From the NCBI GenBank assembly GCA_963674695.2, contig CAXXGI010000003.1, positions 384,001 to 448,000 on the forward strand: a stretch of 64,000 nt of DNA. Direction: 5' to 3'. The position numbers were made by a program, and so were the translations under genes. Under the pieces are notes generated by a model that saw only the letters and a program-made list of their open reading frames with translations, did not search any database and had not been told where the DNA came from. This DNA is from a bacterium. GTDB lineage: Bacteria > UBA10199 > 2-02-FULL-44-16 > JAAZCA01. Every line of letters starts with the position of its first letter. Positions within the stretch are counted from its first letter, which is position 1. Below, in pieces: positions 59,214-64,000 of the stretch.

Positions 59214-59615
59214 CTATACGGAGATCGTTTCAACCGAGGCGACGAACTCCGGATCCTTGGCCAGGCTTTGCAAGAGGTTGTCCATTGCCTTGAGCATCGG
59301 AGAGGCGGCGGTGATCGGTGCACCGATCGCGATGAGCATATCGAGGGCCAGATCGGCCATGCCCTCAGCCTCGGCTTTGATATCAGCATGCACCGGCTGA
59401 GCCGTGAGAATCGATTTCGACGCGACCTTTGGTCCCGTCATCCGGGAGAGCGATGCCGCATCGCCAGCGGAACTTTCGCGCTTCGGGGTATCCTCTTTCG
59501 GGGCCTCTTCACGCGGTTGGGGAGCTTCCGGAACCTTTTTATGCTCCACCTCTTTGGGGAGAAAGGGCGTCGGAAGGCCGAGTGTCGGATCCATATCAAG
59601 ACCGCCTGCGAACAT
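59214..59615 (-). CDS. Hypothetical low-complexity protein
   Basis: AAGGAGG RBS; promoter motif upstream. Confidence 0.7.
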   Translation of the reverse strand: MFAGGLDMDPTLGLPTPFLPKEVEHKKVPEAPQPREEAPKEDTPKRESSAGDAASLSRMTGPKVASKSILTAQPVHADIKAEAEGMADLALDMLIAIGAPITAASPMLKAMDNLLQSLAKDPEFVASVETISV

Positions 59616-59649
59616 AGTGCCTCCTTATTGATGATATCTCCTATCTCTA

Positions 59650-59676
59650 TTATCGGCGGATTTCTGCGGAAGTTGC
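59650..59676 (-). promoter_or_regulatory. GCAAC-N16-CGATAA motif (site 7)
   Basis: Reverse strand reads GCAAC ttccgcagaaatccgc CGATAA. Confidence 0.7.
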
Positions 59677-59772
59677 TAAAATAATATGCCTTGCATTACA
59701 TGGAGTTATGCGATATCCATCATGTACTACGCGAAATATATTCACGTCGATGAGATCGTTCGAGGGGGTCCT

Positions 59773-60984
59773 ATGCTGCGGAGCATCGAAAACTATATCG
59801 AGGTCGTCGGTCGCGAGGTTGTGGCGGATATTCACCGGAAGGCCAGCCGCATCTACGACAAGCATGTCTTCCACCTCAACTCCACCTTCGTGGGCGGTGG
59901 CGTGGCCGAGATCCTCTCGCGCCTGGTGCCCATGATGAACGATATCGGTGTCGACACCGGGTGGCGTATCCTGCATGGCAACCACGCCTTCTTCGAGGTG
60001 ACCAAAAAGTTTCACAACGCCCTTCAGGGACAGAAGACGAAGATCACCGAGGAGGATCTGCGGCTCTACCTCGAGGTGAACGACGAGTTCTCGGGGTATA
60101 CGCACATCGATCATGACTGTGTCATCGTGCACGATCCCCAGCCGATGCCGCTCATTCGCTTCTTCAAAAAGCGCCAGCCCTGGATCTGGCGCTGTCATAT
60201 CGATATATCCGATCCCTCGCCGGAGCTGTGGGATTTCATGAAGGACTATCTGCTGCGGTATGACGTGGCGATCATTTCGACTGAGGAATATCGCAAGAAG
60301 GATCTTCCGATCGAACAGCGGGTCATTCCGCCGGCGATCGATCCGTTGTCGACGAAGAACCGCCATATCGACGAGAAGACGGTCGCGGAACATATCGCGC
60401 TGGCCAATATCCCGACCGACAAGCCGCTGATCACGCAGGTCTCGCGCATGGATCCCTGGAAGGATCCCGAGGGTGTGCTCGATGTCTATGAGCGCGTTCG
60501 CAAGCGCGTCGATTGTCGTTTGCTCTTCTGCTATGAATTGGCGGCGGATGATCCCGAGGGTGTGCGCATCTATCAGAAGGTGCACCGAAAGGCACATGAG
60601 CTCATCAAGCGGGGAGACGTGATCTTCGTCGTGGGCAACAACGACCTGTTGGTCAACTCGATCCAGCGTTTCTCGAATGTCATCCTACAAAAATCGACGC
60701 GCGAGGGGTTTGGACTCACCGTCGCGGAGTCGCTCTGGAAGGGGGCACCGGTGGTGGCTTCGGCGGTTGGCGGGATTCCATCGCAGATCACCGATGGGCA
60801 CAACGGCTTCCTGGTCGATCCGACCGATTACGACGGCTGTGCCGACCGGGTGGTGGAGCTGCTGAAACATCCGAAACTCGGGAAAAAGCTGGGGTCAAAT
60901 GGGCGCGAGTCCGTGCGGGAACGCTTCCTCGTCACTCGACTGCTCGGCGATTATCTCGACCTGCTGATTGATCTCCTGCGGTAA
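59773..60984 (+). CDS. treT: GT4 glycosyltransferase, trehalose synthase TreT-like
   Basis: NSTFVGGGVAEIL, TKKFHNALQG, HDPQP, WRCHID, QKSTREGFGLTV.E..WK. Confidence 0.82.
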   Translation: MLRSIENYIEVVGREVVADIHRKASRIYDKHVFHLNSTFVGGGVAEILSRLVPMMNDIGVDTGWRILHGNHAFFEVTKKFHNALQGQKTKITEEDLRLYLEVNDEFSGYTHIDHDCVIVHDPQPMPLIRFFKKRQPWIWRCHIDISDPSPELWDFMKDYLLRYDVAIISTEEYRKKDLPIEQRVIPPAIDPLSTKNRHIDEKTVAEHIALANIPTDKPLITQVSRMDPWKDPEGVLDVYERVRKRVDCRLLFCYELAADDPEGVRIYQKVHRKAHELIKRGDVIFVVGNNDLLVNSIQRFSNVILQKSTREGFGLTVAESLWKGAPVVASAVGGIPSQITDGHNGFLVDPTDYDGCADRVVELLKHPKLGKKLGSNGRESVRERFLVTRLLGDYLDLLIDLLR

Positions 60985-61051
60985 ATATCATGAAGGGTGA
61001 GGGGTGAAAAAGCTCTTTCGCCCTTCACCCTTCGCCCCTCACCCTTCGTTA

Positions 61052-62143
61052 TTAGAATCTTCCAATCAACGCCGGGCCGCCGGAGATGATGAAATAGAGG
61101 TCATCATAGGCGACCAGATGTGCCTTCACCTGAAACCCAACGCCGATATTCGGATGGACGTAGTAATCGAATCCGGTGCTCACGTTGCCGCCGATGTCGA
61201 TCTTGGTGCGGTTTCCCGTGCCGGTGCCACGGGAACCGCCGTCGCGCGTGATGTAAGGGCCGACGCCTAAGCCGAACCAATAGCGGCATTTGTCGAGAAA
61301 AAGTTCCGGATCGTGGGTCTCATATTGGCTGGCAAAGAGGACATATTTCAACCCGGCGGTTATGCCGTAGATGTCGAAGTCGGCATTGATCGGACTCTTA
61401 TAGGGGGTGGTGGTGAAGAGGAAGCCGGCCGTTCCGAAAAAGCGCCCCCAGATCTGGGCGTTGAACTCGGTGTCGACCAGGATGTAATCGAACTCGTCGA
61501 GGCGCAGGTTCTGCGGGACGATGTAGGCGATGCCGGGTGAGACACGAAGCCCCATCTCGTGTCCAAAACGCGTGCTCGCCGGTTTCATGGAGACGGCGAC
61601 ATCCCAGGCCTTGCGTTGCTGTGGATGCGTGTCGAAATAGGCGGGATTGAGCTCCGACGCATTGGTCAGCGAATTGGCGGCTTCGGCGTAGTATCCTCGG
61701 TCGAAGGCGATCACCCCGCGGTTGCCCCAGGCCTCGATGAACGATGGATCCAGCTCGGTCGCTTCGCGATACGCGGCAAGCGCCTTGCGTTTATTGTGGA
61801 GCGCCTCGAGGGCGACCCCGCGGTTGTAATGAGCCTTGGCGTTTGTCGGATCGAGTTCGATCGCCTTGTCGAACATGGCCAGCGCTTCCTGCGAGCGATT
61901 GAAACGCCCGAGCAGGATTCCGCGGCTGAGATAGATCTCTATTCGCGCCGAGTCGGAATCGCTGTCGGTCATCCATTGGAGGGCGCGGTTGCATGCCTGC
62001 AGGGATGGTTCGCCCAGCAGCTCGTTGCAGGCGCTGGCGTCCGCGCTCCAGGATGGCTGTTGCGCCCATGCCGGAGCGGCGACCAAGAGAGAGAAAAAGG
62101 CGACAACAATAATTCGGCGGAATGGTCGATTCATCGGTTTCAT
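61052..62143 (-). CDS. Exported TPR protein with C-terminal outer-membrane beta-barrel-like domain
   Basis: Signal peptide; TPR repeats (AIELDP.NAKAHYNRG); terminal Phe. Confidence 0.75.
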   Translation of the reverse strand: MKPMNRPFRRIIVVAFFSLLVAAPAWAQQPSWSADASACNELLGEPSLQACNRALQWMTDSDSDSARIEIYLSRGILLGRFNRSQEALAMFDKAIELDPTNAKAHYNRGVALEALHNKRKALAAYREATELDPSFIEAWGNRGVIAFDRGYYAEAANSLTNASELNPAYFDTHPQQRKAWDVAVSMKPASTRFGHEMGLRVSPGIAYIVPQNLRLDEFDYILVDTEFNAQIWGRFFGTAGFLFTTTPYKSPINADFDIYGITAGLKYVLFASQYETHDPELFLDKCRYWFGLGVGPYITRDGGSRGTGTGNRTKIDIGGNVSTGFDYYVHPNIGVGFQVKAHLVAYDDLYFIISGGPALIGRF

Positions 62144-62155
62144 GTTCCCCCTCGG

Positions 62156-64000
62156 TTAAGCCTTGATGCAGCTGGTGTAATAGCGAACGCGCCCGCCCTC
62201 GTTTTTGAGCTCGATGCCGTGGGTCTCCGTTTCAAATCCCGGGAAGGCGTTGTCGAAGTCTTCATAGACACGCAGATAGTCCACGATGCCCTTCGCTTTC
62301 TCGTTGAACTGCTCTCCCGGCATGATGATCGGGATCCCCGGCGGATAGGGGACCAGCATCACGGCGGGGATGCGCCCCATGAGCTCGGAGAGAGGCACGA
62401 GCTCCGTGTTGCTGTGCACGATCTGCTCGTAGGCCTTGGCCGGAATCATCTTCTGATCGGGGAGCGTGGCATAGACGTTCTGGCTCACCTGCGTGATGTT
62501 CTCGCGCACGAGATGCTCGTGCATCTCATGGGCAAAATCGGCCAATCCCAATCCGGCGTAGCGTTCAGGGTGCATCTCCACGAGATCCGGAAAGACCTCT
62601 TCGAGCGGCGCGTTGCGATCATGCAGCGCCTTGAAGTCGGCCAGTTCCGCCAACAGCGTGCCGGATTTTCCCTTCGTGATGCCGATCGAGAAGAGGATGA
62701 GGAAGGAGTAAAAGCCCGTCTTCTCCACGACCACCCCGCGGCTCCAGAGAAAACGCGAGACGAGGCCGGCGGGGATGCCGAACTCGCTCATGGTGCCATC
62801 GCCGGTGATCCCCGGCGTGATGACGGTCACCTTGATCGGGTCGAGCATGATATAATTCGGTTCCATGTTCGCAAATCCGTGCCAGCTCTCCTTCGGACCC
62901 AATACCCAGTGTTCCTGGCGGTTCTCCAGCGAGCTGTCGTCGCTCTTGGCGATCACCTTGTCCGGTTGCCAGATGCCAAACCACCATTTCTTCGCCGGAT
63001 CCTTCTCGATCTTGGCGGTGTCCTTTGCGGTCATCACCATCTTCTTGCGGAAGATGACCGCCTCGTCGATGGAGTCATCGACCAGCGCATGACCTGCCGT
63101 TCCCTCCATCATCTTCGTGGCCACATCGAGGGACGCGATGATGCCGTACTGCGGAGAGGTCGAGGTGTGCATCATGAAGGCTTCGTTGAAGCGATCGAAT
63201 TCCACCTTGCGTCGGCCGCTTTTGACATGGACCATCGAACCCTGCGAGAGCGAAGCGAGGAGCTTGTGCGTCGATTGCGTGGCGAAGATGGCCGGGTGGT
63301 TCTCGGGATCGTGTTCGTCGCACATGCCGAAGTGGTTCTTATAGATCGGATGAAATCGCGCATAGCCGAACCAGGCCTCGTCGAAGTGGAGGTTCTCCAC
63401 CAACCCCCCGAGGCGTTCCTTGATCGGCACGGTGTTGTAGCAGAGTCCGTCGTAGGTCGAGTTGGTGACGACCGCGAGGGTGACCGGCGTATTCTTGTCT
63501 TCGATGAACGGACACGCCTCGATCTTTTTGCGAATGGTCTCCGGCTCGAATTCGCTGATGTGGATCGGGCCGATGATGCCGTAGTCGTTTCGCGTGGGGA
63601 TAAAGTAAACTGGCTTTGCCCCCGTCATGATGATGGCGTGCATGATCGACTTGTGGCAGTTGCGGTCGACGAGCACGACATCGCCGGGGACGACGGATCC
63701 GTTCCAGACCATCTTGTTCGAGGTCGAGGTGCCGTTGGTGACGAAATAGGTCTGTTCCGCACCGAAGGCCTTGGCCGCGGCGGCCTCGGCCGCGCCCACG
63801 GGTCCGGAGTGTTCCATCAAGGAACCCAGCTCCGGAACGGAGACCGACAGATCCGAGCGCAGCGTGTTCTCCCCCATGAAGTCGAAGAAGATATGCCCCG
63901 GTGGCGACTTCAAAAACGCCAGCCCGCCGCTGTGCCCGGGTGTATGCCAGGAATATTTGTATTCGTAGGTGTAGTGGACGAGCTCCTCGAAGAAGGGGGG
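62156..64000 (-). CDS. Orn/Lys/Arg decarboxylase (5' end outside the window)
   Basis: SWHTPGH.GG, TNGTSTSNK, DRNCHKS, HFDEAW, QSTHKLL, TSPQY. Confidence 0.93.
   Translation of the reverse strand, partial: PPFFEELVHYTYEYKYSWHTPGHSGGLAFLKSPPGHIFFDFMGENTLRSDLSVSVPELGSLMEHSGPVGAAEAAAAKAFGAEQTYFVTNGTSTSNKMVWNGSVVPGDVVLVDRNCHKSIMHAIIMTGAKPVYFIPTRNDYGIIGPIHISEFEPETIRKKIEACPFIEDKNTPVTLAVVTNSTYDGLCYNTVPIKERLGGLVENLHFDEAWFGYARFHPIYKNHFGMCDEHDPENHPAIFATQSTHKLLASLSQGSMVHVKSGRRKVEFDRFNEAFMMHTSTSPQYGIIASLDVATKMMEGTAGHALVDDSIDEAVIFRKKMVMTAKDTAKIEKDPAKKWWFGIWQPDKVIAKSDDSSLENRQEHWVLGPKESWHGFANMEPNYIMLDPIKVTVITPGITGDGTMSEFGIPAGLVSRFLWSRGVVVEKTGFYSFLILFSIGITKGKSGTLLAELADFKALHDRNAPLEEVFPDLVEMHPERYAGLGLADFAHEMHEHLVRENITQVSQNVYATLPDQKMIPAKAYEQIVHSNTELVPLSELMGRIPAVMLVPYPPGIPIIMPGEQFNEKAKGIVDYLRVYEDFDNAFPGFETETHGIELKNEGGRVRYYTSCIKA

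Overview
GC-rich bacterial chromosomal window. The xerD-S2P-trpS-scpA-scpB-rluB gene order and abundant REP-like palindromes are compatible with a deltaproteobacterium-like lineage (inference). The first ~24.6 kb is an accessory locus. It holds a tandemly duplicated cassette [CysZ/EI24-like <- | -> TelA-like coiled-coil protein - family-X gene(s) - family-Y gene], followed by a third operon of family-X genes. There are 7 family-X paralogs in total, each with a low-complexity 'GDAFE' N-terminus, a hypervariable hydrophobic segment, three ~130-aa internal repeats and a conserved C-terminal cap. The paralogs are mosaic. All three operons, plus four unrelated orphan genes in the window, are preceded by the same promoter-like motif GCAAC-N16-CGATAA, whose -10 resembles a sigma-28 box. 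This suggests a dedicated regulon, possibly of exported effector-like proteins. An IS110/IS1111 element sits in the duplicated spacer, and its paralogous empty site is in the window. Other non-coding structure includes a ~250-nt covarying structured element (3 copies), tRNA-fMet with tRNA-linked tandem repeats, and many REP/REPIN-like elements. The rest is housekeeping and signalling genes: trmB, xerD, trpS, scpAB, rluB, a relE/phd TA pair, murB, two histidine kinases, a phosphoglucomutase with an unusual N-terminal extension, an HD-GYP regulator, rnd, a DEAD-box helicase, glnA, a TreT-like glycosyltransferase and an amino-acid decarboxylase. All calls were made by eye from translations and motifs; no database searches were run.
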